DNA of 64,000 bases from Leptogorgia sarmentosa (Eukaryota). Positions 25,063 through 36,560 of the stretch are shown here, one piece after another. Location: assembly GCA_964658305.1 (NCBI GenBank), contig OZ210885.1, positions 20,894,001 through 20,958,000 of the forward strand, written 5' to 3'. The position numbers were made by a program, and so were the translations under genes. The notes under the pieces were generated by a model that was given only the letters and a program-made list of their open reading frames with translations, was not told where the DNA came from and did not search any database. The first letter of the stretch is position 1; every line of letters starts with the position of its first letter.

Positions 25063-26166
25063 TTACATGTGCTTTACCTTTGGAAAATTCTGATCTTGAG
25101 AGTGTTGTTCAGATGAGTCCAGACAGAGAGATATTTCTTTTGCACATGCTCGTCCCCCAGGTTGGAATGCAGTACATGCATAATATGCTTCACATATTTT
25201 TTTCCAGGATCTTTCAAGTCTTACATCCTCATGTTTTTTGGAGAATTGTGGCCTTTTCCCTGTTGACACTACCAATCTGACAACTTCTTTTGCCTCTGAA
25301 ATACTTGATAATTCCTTATATTTTCCAAGCTCAATTGAGTATGGGCACTCCAAATCTGGATTAACAAGAAGGAACATTACCATACCCAATGACCAGATAT
25401 CTGCACGTTTTAGGTCTTCGATTGAAAACAATGCCGAACGATCATGTGAGGTGATAATTTCAGGAGCATTATAAATAAGTGTGCCTCGCTCAATATTTGA
25501 TGTATGTGTATGCTGAAGCGATGCTGTTTGATTAACTGTAGATCTACTTTCGCCAAAATCAGCAAGTTTACAAACAATAGCATTCTTATTCCATGCTTCT
25601 TCAATCAATTTTGTATCTTCCAAATGACAATAGTGCTTATTTGAAACTAAAATGTTTCCTGGCTTGATATCTCTATGGACAATTTGGTTTTCGTGTAAAA
25701 ACGCTAATGCAGTGCATATATCTTGAGCAATCTTTAACTGCAAGGATGAAAGTTGCGCAACAAATCCTTCTCCTGCGATAAAATCCAGGTAATCGCTCAA
25801 GCACGTCACACGATCACCGCTAATTCCCAATGGCTTAAAATCGAAATATAAATATTCCAACATAACCGCTAGTGGTTGCACACAAAACCCTTTAAACTTC
25901 ACAATATTTTCACAGTTTAAGTTATGGTGTATGCGGACTTCTTTCACAAAAAGATCTCTTTCCCTTCGGTTGGTCTGCCGCTTTGTTTTTTTTACGACAA
26001 CAGCTTCATTGTTGTATTCACCATAATACACATCACCATATGTTCCTTCTCCTATTCGACGTTTATCTGTAACATCATGCCACTTGAAAGAATTCAAATT
26101 CGGAATGATCTCTTCTGCCTCCAACTCTTTCCTTTCTCTTTGTAGGATGGGTAGTTTCCTTGCCAT
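25063..26166 (-). CDS. Ser/Thr (TKL-like) protein kinase domain inside the MULE, probable first exon of a fusion gene
   Basis: All catalytic motifs present: IGEGTYGDVY, VVVKK, FVKE (alphaC), HRDIKPGN, DFG, GTLIYNAPE, DIWSLG. A strong donor AAG|GTAAAG lies at 25078/25077, just before the stop. Confidence 0.92.
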   Translation of the reverse strand: MARKLPILQRERKELEAEEIIPNLNSFKWHDVTDKRRIGEGTYGDVYYGEYNNEAVVVKKTKRQTNRRERDLFVKEVRIHHNLNCENIVKFKGFCVQPLAVMLEYLYFDFKPLGISGDRVTCLSDYLDFIAGEGFVAQLSSLQLKIAQDICTALAFLHENQIVHRDIKPGNILVSNKHYCHLEDTKLIEEAWNKNAIVCKLADFGESRSTVNQTASLQHTHTSNIERGTLIYNAPEIITSHDRSALFSIEDLKRADIWSLGMVMFLLVNPDLECPYSIELGKYKELSSISEAKEVVRLVVSTGKRPQFSKKHEDVRLERSWKKICEAYYACTAFQPGGRACAKEISLCLDSSEQHSQDQNFPKVKHM

Positions 26167-26326
26167 TTTTATACAATTTTTTTTCTTCCAAACAACAAGT
26201 ATAAAACCATGATTGAAAAGGATTTGAAACACAGTCGCCGACGTGAATATAGAGCTAGCAGAGAACGCGTGTAATGCAAATCACGATCACGCTGTAATGA
26301 ACTGTTTCCGGTTTTTACAGATTCCT

Positions 26327-26592
26327 CAGATTCCGGGTTTTACATATTCCGGGTTTTACAGATTCCGGGTTTTACATATTCCGGGTTTTACAGATTCCGG
26401 GTTTTACATATTCCGGGTTTTACAGATTCCAGGTTTTACATATTCCGGCTTTTACAGATTCCGGGTTTTACATATTCCGGGTTTTACAGATTCCGGGTTT
26501 TACATATTCCGGCTTTTACAGATTCCCCGATTCCCTTCCCCGATTCCCCGGTTCCCTTCCCCGATTCCCCGGTTCCCTTCCCCGATTCCCCG
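26327..26592 (-). repeat. Right MULE TIR arrays (~12 copies of the 16-bp unit plus the 21-bp unit), inverted relative to the left
   Basis: Reverse complement of the 17627-17958 arrays, with a different copy number. Confidence 0.92.
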
Positions 26593-28070
26593 TTCCTTGT
26601 TTTACAGATAGCCAATTTGCAATACCTTCTCCTGAATGCACAATTCCACTTTCAGTGTCAGCAGCACTATGATAAGCATCCTCAAGGCTACATCGTCAAG
26701 TTGCACTGATACCACCTGGAAACAAATATCCCCCACATTAATCAACTGAGGTGTACATTATATATATATATATTTAATAGATATATGTACATTATAATAT
26801 ATATAATGTTTTATTGAAATTTCAGTAACATACTCAAGATCTGTTTTAATGGTCTAATTGGTGGCCAATTGCTTGTCTTCACAAATATAAAAGTACATGT
26901 GTTGTCTCCAGTGCATATGAAATGTGTAAAATAATCATGCATGTGTACTGTAACTGAATGAAGAGAACATTGTGCCCAATATAGTATACACTAGCCAATA
27001 AGAATTATACCAGATGGCTGATGGGATGTTAAAGCTTCCAAAGTACTGACGACATATTGACTGTTATTAATTTTGTTTTTAAACCATATGAACAAGTAGT
27101 AGGGTCTTAAAAGTACTGGTTATTCTGATTAGAGCTTAACATATTTATATTTTTATTATTTGTATTGTATCATTTCTCTATCAAAGGCATTAAAACTAGC
27201 ATTCCATACAATAATCATACATTTACATTAGCCAGGATTTATGGAAAGGCAAGCTACAGTATACAATACACTTACACTATCGTTATAAAATATACACTTT
27301 TTATTTTACCTGAAACACCAAAACGTTTCCTTTCTGGCTGACCAGAAGATTTAGACTTCGGAGTAAGGTCATGCTTTTGACTGAGTCGTTGTCTGTCTCG
27401 AATATCAACATCACTATCGGTGGCAGTAGTATCACTCTTGCCTCGGTTGTCTTCATCGGTTTCACTTGCTATAACACTAACAGCTTGCTGAAAATTGCAG
27501 GCAAGCCTTACTGATCGCCAGAGACATTGGGCAGACGTTTCTATGAAAGAAATAGAAACGATTACATCAAACTTCACTGGAAACTACAATTGGAAGGCAA
27601 AACCAGTGTGATTTTCAATATTTCATACCTTGTAAGGTTAATCCCTCTACAGCCTCCTTCACCTCTTCAAGTGATGACATCTATAATCACATGTTGAGGG
27701 CATTAACGGCCTCAAATGTCGCGTGGTTCGAATAATAAATCCTCAACGATAAGCGTTTACATGAATGCGTATATATTTCTGTTGAAAACACTTGAAAGAA
27801 AGCTCCAAATCTCAGAAAACCAACTATTTGCAAGAAACAGACGAATTTTGCAAGAAACAGAACAAGATCTGCCAGGCGCTTCTCCTATTTCCCGCAGCAA
27901 CCCCATAAACCCTTGCGCACCAGCCTGCTACTTCATGTAAGCCTGCAATATCTAGCGCCTGGGGACGAGGCAGTGAAAACATTACGACTAACACCCCCAC
28001 TTGTTTTCATGAACTAAAATTATTTACATTTTTTTTTTTTCTTTTAAACTACTTGAAACACGAACGAACA

Positions 28071-31000
28071 CTAATTACACGGATTAAAACCAAACAGAAT
28101 AGGTCTAAATCTATCCAACTTTACCTTAGTAACTGGTTTAGTGAAGATGTCGGCTACCATACATTCAGTTGGGCAATATACAATGTCTATTTTGCCACTT
28201 ACGAGTACCTCTCGCAAGAAATGATATTTAATATCTATATGTTTACATCTTTGTCTGCTTACTGGATTTTTGCTTAAAGATATCGCCCCTTGATTGTCCT
28301 CATATATCATTGTGCATTTATATGTTTTATTATCCATACTATTTAGCAACTGCATCAAATACAAACTTTCCTGAGTGGTAGCTGCTAGACTAACATACTC
28401 TGCCTCGCAGGTGGAAAGAGCAATCGTAGGTTGTCTCTTCGACTTCCACAATATGGGAGGAGCATTCTCAGTTAAGCTAAAACAGTACCCTGTGGTACTG
28501 TGTCTATCATCCAACGAAGATGCCCAATCTGCATCACTATAAGCAGTAAGATTTAGTTCGTTGTTACCCTTTTGATAACACAACTCGTACTCAATCGTGC
28601 CCTTTAAATACCGTAACACGTGCTTTGCGGTGACCAAATCTCCCATCTTTGGACACGACAATCTCTGAGACAGTTGACTACCCAACTAATATCGGGTCTG
28701 GTACAGGTCATCAAGTAAATTAGACTACCTACAATCTATATCTCTTTGGGTCGACTTGTTCACTCTCATTTGTGCATTCTAACCTCTGCTCACATGGCGT
28801 CATTCTTGGCTTACATTCAGACATGTTGAATCGATCTAGTATTTTCTGAATATATCTCTTCTGACTCATCTTAATAACCCCATTCTCTCGCTTGAAGTCA
28901 ATACCAAGGAAGTAAGAAATTTCCCCTAAGTCCTTCATCCTGAAATTACCTTTCATGTTTTCTTTAAACTGGATTATCATATTTGTGTTATTAGAGGCTA
29001 TAATGAGATCATCAACCCAATCGACTGGATTTCTAACAAATCCATCACCTATCAGATATTCATCCAACACCCTATTCCAGTTCCTACCAGACTGCTTTAG
29101 CCCATAAAGAGATTTTCTCAACTTGTAAACCAATTTAACGCCATCCTCTGATATCTTTTGAAAGCCCTCAGGTTGTTCCATGAATATTTCATGGTCAATT
29201 GGGGCATGAAGGAAAGCGCCTTTGACGTCCATCTGATGGACAGTTAGGTCATACTGAGCAGCTAACTGCATAAGAATTCTTATTGAAGTGATATTGGCAG
29301 TTGGGGAAAACGTTTCTTCATAGTCTATACCGTGTACTTGACTGTATCCCTTTGCAACATACCTAGCTTTAAGCGTTTCGGAACCATTTGCATCCTCCTT
29401 TATGGTATAGACCCACTTCCCCCCCCACTAAATACTTACCCTCTGGTAAAGTGGTTAATTCGAATGTGTCATTCTCTCTAAGTGCTTCTAATTCATCTTT
29501 CATTGCCTGCTCCCAGCCTAAAGCATTGGTGGAGTTTATGGCTTCATCAAAAGTTTGTGGCACACCACAAACTTTATAACAAAAATCAACATTTGTATAA
29601 GCTGAGTTTTCAGCTCCCAAGTATTGTGGAGCTTTTCTCTCCCTCTGAGGTTAAACCTTAGGCTCATTTTCAGGCTCTTTTGTATTTTCAGGCTCTGCTT
29701 GCAACCCTTCATCAATATCTAAGCTTCTCTCAACAGATTCTTCAGGTTCAGGGGATGACCCTTCCTCCTGTTTCTCAAGGTCATTTGAGTAACTTTCATT
29801 CTCAACCTTTCTACCAATACCTATGTCCTCAATTTCAGTTTGTGTGCATTGTTCTACATTAGTGTTCTTAATAAATTTTATTAGTCTGTGTTTCATGATT
29901 TTTCCACACTGTGGGTGGTAGACAAGGTAAGCTGGGCTGTTCTTGTCATACCCAATGAATATCCCTTTTTCACACCTAGGGTCCAGTTTCTTGTGATCAT
30001 AGTTATAAACGTAGCACTCTGAACCAAATACCCACATTTTTGAAAGGTCTGGTTTTCTACCTGTCATGCTAAAATAAGGTGTACTCTTAGTTCTATTGTT
30101 ATAGCACCTATTTCTAATATGGGCAGCAGTCTGGACAGCATACGGCCACAACACCTTAGGCACACCCTTCTCCAACAACAAACATCTAGCCATTTCAAAT
30201 AATGTGCGCCACTGCCTCTCTGCCGTACCGTTTTGATGAGGGGAGCTGGGATAGGACGTTTCATGCCTAATACCCTTTTCCCTAAGAAGAGTTTGGAAAT
30301 CGGTACTCATAAATTCTGTGCCATTATCTGACCTTATGCACTTAACCTGGCCATAAGGGGCACAGTCGGCAAGAAACATCTCAGTAGCTACTAACGTGTG
30401 ACTCTTTTTCCTAAGGAAATATACAAAAACAGCTCCAGAGAAATCATCTGTGAAGGCAATACAATATTTAAAACCATTTTTAGATACTGGGCTAACAGGG
30501 CCTGCTAAGTCTGTATGTACCTTTTCTAGGGGTTGTGTCGCTCGACTGTCAGGGTTTCTATTTCTACAATTTGCAAACTTCCCTTCTGCACATGTGCCAC
30601 ATTCCAGCTTAGATCTATCTACCTTTCCTACTACCTTCATCCCACTGACTATACTTTCTAATTTCATTATGTCATCAAAATTGCAGTGCCCCAATATTTC
30701 ATGCCACTTATAAATACTGCATGCTAGATTTACCTTATCACCATTACTTTTACTGCTACCATCACTATATTGTTCAACAGTGTTCAAGTAATACAAGCGT
30801 TCATGTCCCTCAATAATGAATGTAGTGCCATCCTTGTAAACAAGTTCATTTCGATCTTGTGAGAACTTTACTTCAGCTCCATTTGAAGTAGCTGCTTTCA
30901 CAAAAAATATATCTTGTGGGTAGGATGGTATAAACAGTGCATCTTTCAGAACAGCTTTCACATGTCTTCCATTTACATCTTTCAGGACCACCTCAGCATC

Positions 31001-32059
31001 TCCACGTTTCATAGCCACATTATTATGACGTGTCCCATCTGCAAGTTCCATGTAATGATTTGCCGGCTTAAAGTTACCATCAATTCGTTTCAAGGTATCT
31101 GTGGTAATAACATGTGATGTAGCCCCAGTGTCAACAAGCATCCCATTTGCATTGTACTGTGAATGCTTGGCAGGGCTAACTTGCGCATTGATAAAAACAT
31201 ACGAGTGTTCATCCTCAGTTGTGTCCTCTGACTGGTTGCTGGATGTTGCCTGTTTCACTTTTGTGTCTGCTTGATGTCTTTGTTGATGTCTTCGACAGGC
31301 ACTGTCATTATGTGTTGTTGACTTGTGGAACGGACACCACTTGGTTGTCTCACCCTTTGTTTTGTCAGGACAGTCCCTCATGATATGACCTTTGCGACCA
31401 CAAGCATAACATGTGATGGAATTTGGTGGGGAAGTTAATGGGGAGTCAGTTTTCATTACTTGATCTACCTTTGGTTTACAATTGAATTTTTCCGTTTCTT
31501 CAAAGCTTTTCAGTTGGGATTTGAACACAGCAAATGAAATCTCACTTGTACTTTGTGTAACATGGACAACAAAGGGTTTGTAGGCTTCAGGTAGGCCTTT
31601 TAATATCATGGCAATAACAAGACCGTCACTCAATGTCTCTTTAGCGTTTTTCAGGGCAGTAATCGATCTTCCCGCTCTTATTAGATAGTCTGTTACTGTC
31701 TTGTTTGTTCCTTTCTCGAGCGATGTAAGTTCAGTATACAGAGCTATAATCCTAGGTTTACCTTGGCTTGCGTAGTAGTCTCGTAAAATCTTCAAGGCTT
31801 TTCTTCCATCACCAGCGGCATCTTGCATCACTAATGACAGGCTAGTATCATCCAGAAGTTGTATTAATTCAGCATAACATTCTTCGTTCTTCTCTTCATC
31901 GGCTTCTTCCTCCGACGGCATAATTGTTTTCTTCAATTTCAGGGTTTGCATATAACCAAGGAGTCTAGCTTCCCAAAGCTCAAATTTAGTTTCATCTCCG
32001 TCAAATATAAGTCTTTGTAATTTAGCGTTGCTCCTGGGCCCATAACCTGTTGAACTCAT
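28071..32059 (-). pseudogene. Copia gag-pol (gag, PR, IN, RT, RNase H) with frameshifts and a deletion
   Basis: CYACGRKGHIMRDC zinc knuckle; LVDTGATSH protease; WHEILGH; integrase HTDLAGP/SDNGTEF/NGTAER; RT QMDVKGAFL and WVDDLII; RNase H YSDADWA/CEAEY/EDNQG/ADIFTK. IN-before-RT order is that of Copia. Confidence 0.95.
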
Positions 32060-32559
32060 TTTGTTATAATCGTCCTTTTATTAAAGATTCACAATATCAA
32101 CTATAACAAGTTACAGCTTACACACTATATCTTACACGAGGTCGAAAATCAAGAAGTATACATCCTATAATGCAACACCGTCCGATTACGTAATATGAAA
32201 ACATTACAACTAACAAATTTGCAACCTTTCTTACTCAATGCCTTAACGCTATGAAGTCACTGACCTACCTCGTCATCCTGGATCATCCACAGAACTTGCA
32301 CCACCTGGTAAAGAAACTTCCATTTTTCTTGCAAGAACGCTGGAGACATGAAGTCATCAGGATACATGAAACTAAGAAGAACCCCCTATTCACGAACTTT
32401 GTGAATTTCATCAAAGCCGAAGCAAAAGTTGCCACGGATCCTGTTTTCTCTCGACGCATCCTTGAGAGAATTGATCAAGATGACAGAAGTAAATACAAGA
32501 AAGGAAATGTACAAAAATACATTAGTGGAGTCACAATCAGCAGAGTAGTAACTGGTTTG

Positions 32560-35500
32560 GTAGTGTCGGACTTAAATGGCCAAAACCCTATTGAACTTAC
32601 AAAAACCTATTGAACTTACAAAAACCTATTGAACTTACAAAAACCTTTGTTAGAGACGAAATCTCTGGACGTGAATCGCAAGTACCTCATCCAAAGTCAT
32701 TTCGTGAATGGACACATTTACAAAGAGTAGCAGATCTAATACCCAGGCCCATGGAAGACACTAAAGTTGGACTGCTAGTAGGCACAAATTGCACACAAGC
32801 CGTTGAACCGAAAGATTTTGTAGCTAGTGAAAATGGTGGCCCTTTCACAGTCCTAACCTTCCTAACCTTCGCTGGATGGACAGTCGTAGGTCCCTGCTGC
32901 TCATGTCTAAAAATGTGCCTGAATTTGATTGTAATCGAATTATTGTTCACGAAGTAGGAGAAGTAAAACCATCTGAGCATCGCTTTGCGATCGGAAATTC
33001 CGTTAAAGAGATTATCATTCCTGAGAATTTAATCAAGATGTACGAGTTAGAATTCAACGAAAAGTATAACGACGATCATTCAAGTTCCCACGAAGATAGA
33101 CGATTTTCAGAGAAGATCGAAAACAGAATCTCATACATTCATGGTCACTACCAAATGCCTCTACCCTTTCGAGATGTTGATACCAGGATGCCTTCCAATA
33201 GAGAACAAGCAATTCAAAGAGCTTACTGGTTAAAGAAAGGTTTCTAAAGAATAAAGATTTCCACAAAGATTACACGAAGTTCATGAACGATACTCTTGAA
33301 AAGAACGATGCTCATAAAATACCAGTTCAGTATCCCTCGCCGAAAGAAGGGAAAGTTTGGTACATACCACATCATGGCATATACCACGCAAAGAAAGCTA
33401 AAAAGATTCGAGTTGTATTCAATTGCAGCGCTAAATTTGGTGGTATATCTTTGAACGACAAACTGCTACAAGGACCTGATCTTGCGAACTCCTTGATTGG
33501 TGTCCTGACAAGATTCCGCAAAGAACAAGCTGCATTTATGGGAGATATTGAAGGCATGTTTCATCAAGTAAGGGTGAATGAAGATCATCGCCATTATCTT
33601 CGCTTTCTTTGGTGGCCGAGCGGAGATCTGACAAAAGATTTAGAGGAATATCAGATGAACGTGCACTTATTCAGAGCCATCTCATCCCCAAGCTGCGCGA
33701 ACTACGCTTTGAGAAGAACAGCGGACGACTTTGAACACGAAGAAGGAAATCGAGCTGCAAACGTTCTGCGGAAGAACTTTTACGTTGACGACTGTTTAAA
33801 GTCTGAGCCAACAGATTGCAACGGAATGTATCAACGTCATTCGCATTTGTGCAAAAGGTGGTTTTCATCTCACTAAATTCACAAGCAATAGTATATCCGT
33901 GCTCGAGAAAATCCCCGAAGAAGAATGGTCGAATGAACTAAAAAGTATGGAGCTTAATTGTGACCATTTACCTATCGAACATGCTCTCGGCATCCGGTGG
34001 GCAACAGAGTCCGACGAATTGGGATTTAAGATCATAATTAACGAGAACCCACTGACTTGCCACGGTATTCTATCAACTATTAGTTCCATCTACGACCCTC
34101 TTGGTATAGCAGCACCAATTCTACTACCTGGGAAGAAGATATTGCAAGATCTTTGTAGAGAAAAACTAGATTGGGATGAAGATTAGTCCCGTTACAAAAC
34201 GTTTGTTGCTAACCACGTCCAGACGATAAGAGAGAGAACCACAGTCGATCAGTGGAGATATGTTGATAGCAAAGACAACCCTGCCGATGAGCCATCCTGT
34301 GGCATAAGCATCGACTGATTCTTGTCACAACAACGCCGGATTAAAGGACCAAAATTCCTCTGGAATCCAGAAAGCGATTGGCCTGAAGATCTAGCTGTAG
34401 CCAACACCTTCGCTGATGATATAGTCAATCAAACGATCATAGAAGAAAGTGATATTTTACAGCGTGTAGAATACTTCTCACAGTGGCAATATTTGAAGAA
34501 AGTTGTCTCATGGATTCTTCGTTGGAAAAAGATAAAGAAAAATTCAACTGACCTGTCAGATAAAGCCGTAAAGGAAACAATGGTAAACCTTCCACAACCA
34601 ATAACAGTCGACGAAATGACTCAAGCAGAAACGGTAATTCTGAAGTTACTACAAAACAAAGCCTTCCCAGCAGAAATCAATGCATTGAAAGCAGTCACAA
34701 CTGAGGATCATAAAGATGAACGTTCAAAGATAAAACAGATCAAGATAGAAATTAAGAAAAACAGCTCGCTTTTTCGACTGGACCCATTCATCGATGGAAA
34801 GGGTTTACTGCGGGTTGGCGGCCGGCTTAGAGAATCCAAAGAGCTAACTGAAGACCTTAAACATCCAATAATACTCCCCAAGAAAAGTCACATCACCACA
34901 CTTATTCGTCACTGCCATGAGAAAACTGGCCACGCAGGAAGAGGGATGCCCTGGAATGAGATAAAAAACAAGTATTGGATAATTAATGCAAATTCCTCTG
35001 TACGATATTATATATCCAAGTGTGTAACATGTCGAAGACAACATGGTTCTGTAGGAGTGCAGTTAATGGCTGATTTACCACCCGATAGAGTAACATCTGC
35101 CCCGCCCTTCACCTACATCTGTGGATTATTTCGGCCCATATTACGTCAAAGAAGGCCGGAAACAATTGAAATGGTACAGTGTACTTTTCACATGCTTAGC
35201 AAGCAGAGCTATCCACATAGAAACAGCTACAACCTTGGAGACTGATTCGTTCATTTGTGCTCTAAGAAGATTCGTGGCTAGAAGGGGACCGGTTCGCCAA
35301 ATGAGATCTGACTGTGGCACAAACTTCCTGGGAGCCGAAAAAGAGTTGAAGCAAGCTCTGGAAGAGATGGATCATAAACGACTTCAAGAAATCACATGGG
35401 TGGCGTCTGAGAGAGACAAATATGTACAGTAAGATCAATTTTGTCATCTATGATACGAGAAAATGGGCATATTTTAAATGACGAATCCTTGCGAACACTG

Positions 35501-35937
35501 CTTACCAAAGTCGAATGTATCATAAATAGTCGCCCACTAACATTTCCATCTGGTGATGCTAAAGATCCCGAACCTCTGACACCAAACCACATCCTGACAA
35601 TGAAATCCAAAGTCGTACTCCCCCCTCCTGGAAACTTTCAAAGCCAGGACTCCTACCTGAAGAAAAGATAGAGACGAGTCCAGTGAATCTGTTTTGGTCT
35701 AGATGGAAAAAGGAATATATCCAAACACTGCAGACTCGTGCGAAATGGATAAAACCTAAGCGAAATTTTCATGTTGGCGACGTTATTTTGATGAAAGACG
35801 AAAGAACTACGAGGAATCACTGGCCATTGGCACTCATCACCGATGTTTTAACGGATAAAAAGGGACTGGTTCGTTTCGTTACAGTAAAAACTGGATCGAC
35901 AACCCTAGAACGCCCAATAGATAAGTTGATAAAGTAA
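32560..35937 (+). pseudogene. BEL/Pao pol (RT, partial RNase H, integrase), frameshifted and internally deleted
   Basis: WYIPHHGIY..KIRVVFN, DIEGMFHQV, FYVDDCL, IYDPLG, HEKTGH...CVTC, DYFGP, SDCGTNF, INSRPL, W.RWKKEY. A 19-bp triplication lies at ~32582-32646. Confidence 0.92.
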
Positions 35938-36043
35938 ACGATTAACGGACAGGATTATAATGGACTTAATATTGACATTTGAAATTTATTGCACTAACGT
36001 AGTTAAATGGGATAAGAGTGGTAAACCCTCTTATGAGGGAGCA

Positions 36044-36325
36044 TGATGCTAGTGCAGCGTGTAATTAATGCGTGGATTCATGCGTAACTTGCTATTATAA
36101 AAGCATGATGAAGTAACCTAAACGGGTGCCCTTTTTATATAGAGAGATTGTAGAACGTAGACAACGTTTTTTGGACTGCATATTAGTAAATTAAATAACG
36201 AATTGTTTTATACCGAGTCCCTTTTATTTGCAAACGATATATAGCGAGTAAAAAACGTTGAAGCCGAACGATAACAATGATGATGAAGATCGGTGGTTAT
36301 ATCCATTATATGACATTTTACCATA
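36044..36325 (+). repeat. 3' LTR of first BEL/Pao element
   Basis: Follows the PPT and matches the two halves of the split 5' LTR. Confidence 0.85.
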
Positions 36326-36560
36326 TAAGGGCAAAACAGAGTGCAGATACCCAGCTGTATTGAACTCTAATATACTGGTTTGAAACTGGTTTGTTGGCAA
36401 GCTGCCCGACAATTTAGCAAAATATAAGTTATTAAATTATCAGAAATACAGTTGTGTGTCGTATAATAAATACCCTATTGAATGGTTTGGCATGCAATAC
36501 GGCCTGGTATTTTACTCGTTTCTCGCATTTCTATATTTACAAAACTCAATAAGCTATATA

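Larger units (their letters stand above)
17605..26613. mobile_element. Mutator/MULE DNA transposon with long repeat-built (foldback-like) TIRs, carrying a protein kinase
   Basis: TIRs GGCTATCTGTAAAACAAGGAACGGGGAATC... (17605-~17958) and the reverse complement (~26327-26613). Perfect 10-bp TSD AATTTGCAAT (17595-17604, 26614-26623). Located just inside an intron of the Academ transposase. Confidence 0.93.
12290..27680 (-). pseudogene. Academ-type DDE transposase with internal ankyrin repeats (multi-exon, disrupted)
   Basis: Approximate exons 27680-27629, 27483-27310, 26716-26626, 17355-17136, 16798-16097, 15969-15686, 15537-12901 (minus the hAT MITE), 12654-12290. Candidate catalytic motifs FLMDNINM (D), VVGDQGT (D), IPGDLQ, AMDEFVEE (E). 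Several in-frame stops and one frameshift. Confidence 0.75.
8945..27973. mobile_element. Academ-superfamily (AcademH-like, helicase-encoding) DNA transposon
   Basis: Perfect 26-bp terminal IR CTGCCTCGTCCCCAGGCGCTAGATAT (8945-8970 / 27948-27973). A second IR block matches 9001-9043 to ~27909-27951. Perfect 9-bp TSD TGAAAACAT (8936-8944, 27974-27982). Encodes a RecQ helicase (+) and a convergent DDE transposase (-). Confidence 0.88.
8788..32215 (-). mobile_element. Ty1/Copia LTR retrotransposon, antisense inside BEL gag
   Basis: 168-bp 5' LTR at 32215-32048, followed on the minus strand by the copia-type PBS GGTTATGGGCCCAG. PPT GTGGGGG at 28000-27994. The 3' LTR is split (27993-27983 plus 8944-8788) by the Academ element. 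The LTRs differ at about 5 of 168 positions. TSD degenerate (ATTTT/AATTT). Confidence 0.93.
69..36325 (+). mobile_element. BEL/Pao LTR retrotransposon (decayed), outermost host of the nested stack
   Basis: Sequence at ~103-195 and ~3322-3414 matches 36050-36325, giving a split 5' LTR and a 3' LTR. A purine tract GAGGGAG (~36035) precedes the 3' LTR. Gag pieces lie at 3420-4354, 8388-8787 and 32216-32560 and read through once the insertions are removed; pol lies at 32560-35937. TSD is not convincing (CAAGC vs TAAGG). Confidence 0.9.

Noticed and set aside
26243..26611. 122-aa repetitive ORF (IPGFT.SGFY...)
   Set aside because: It is a translation of the 16-bp and 21-bp TIR arrays.
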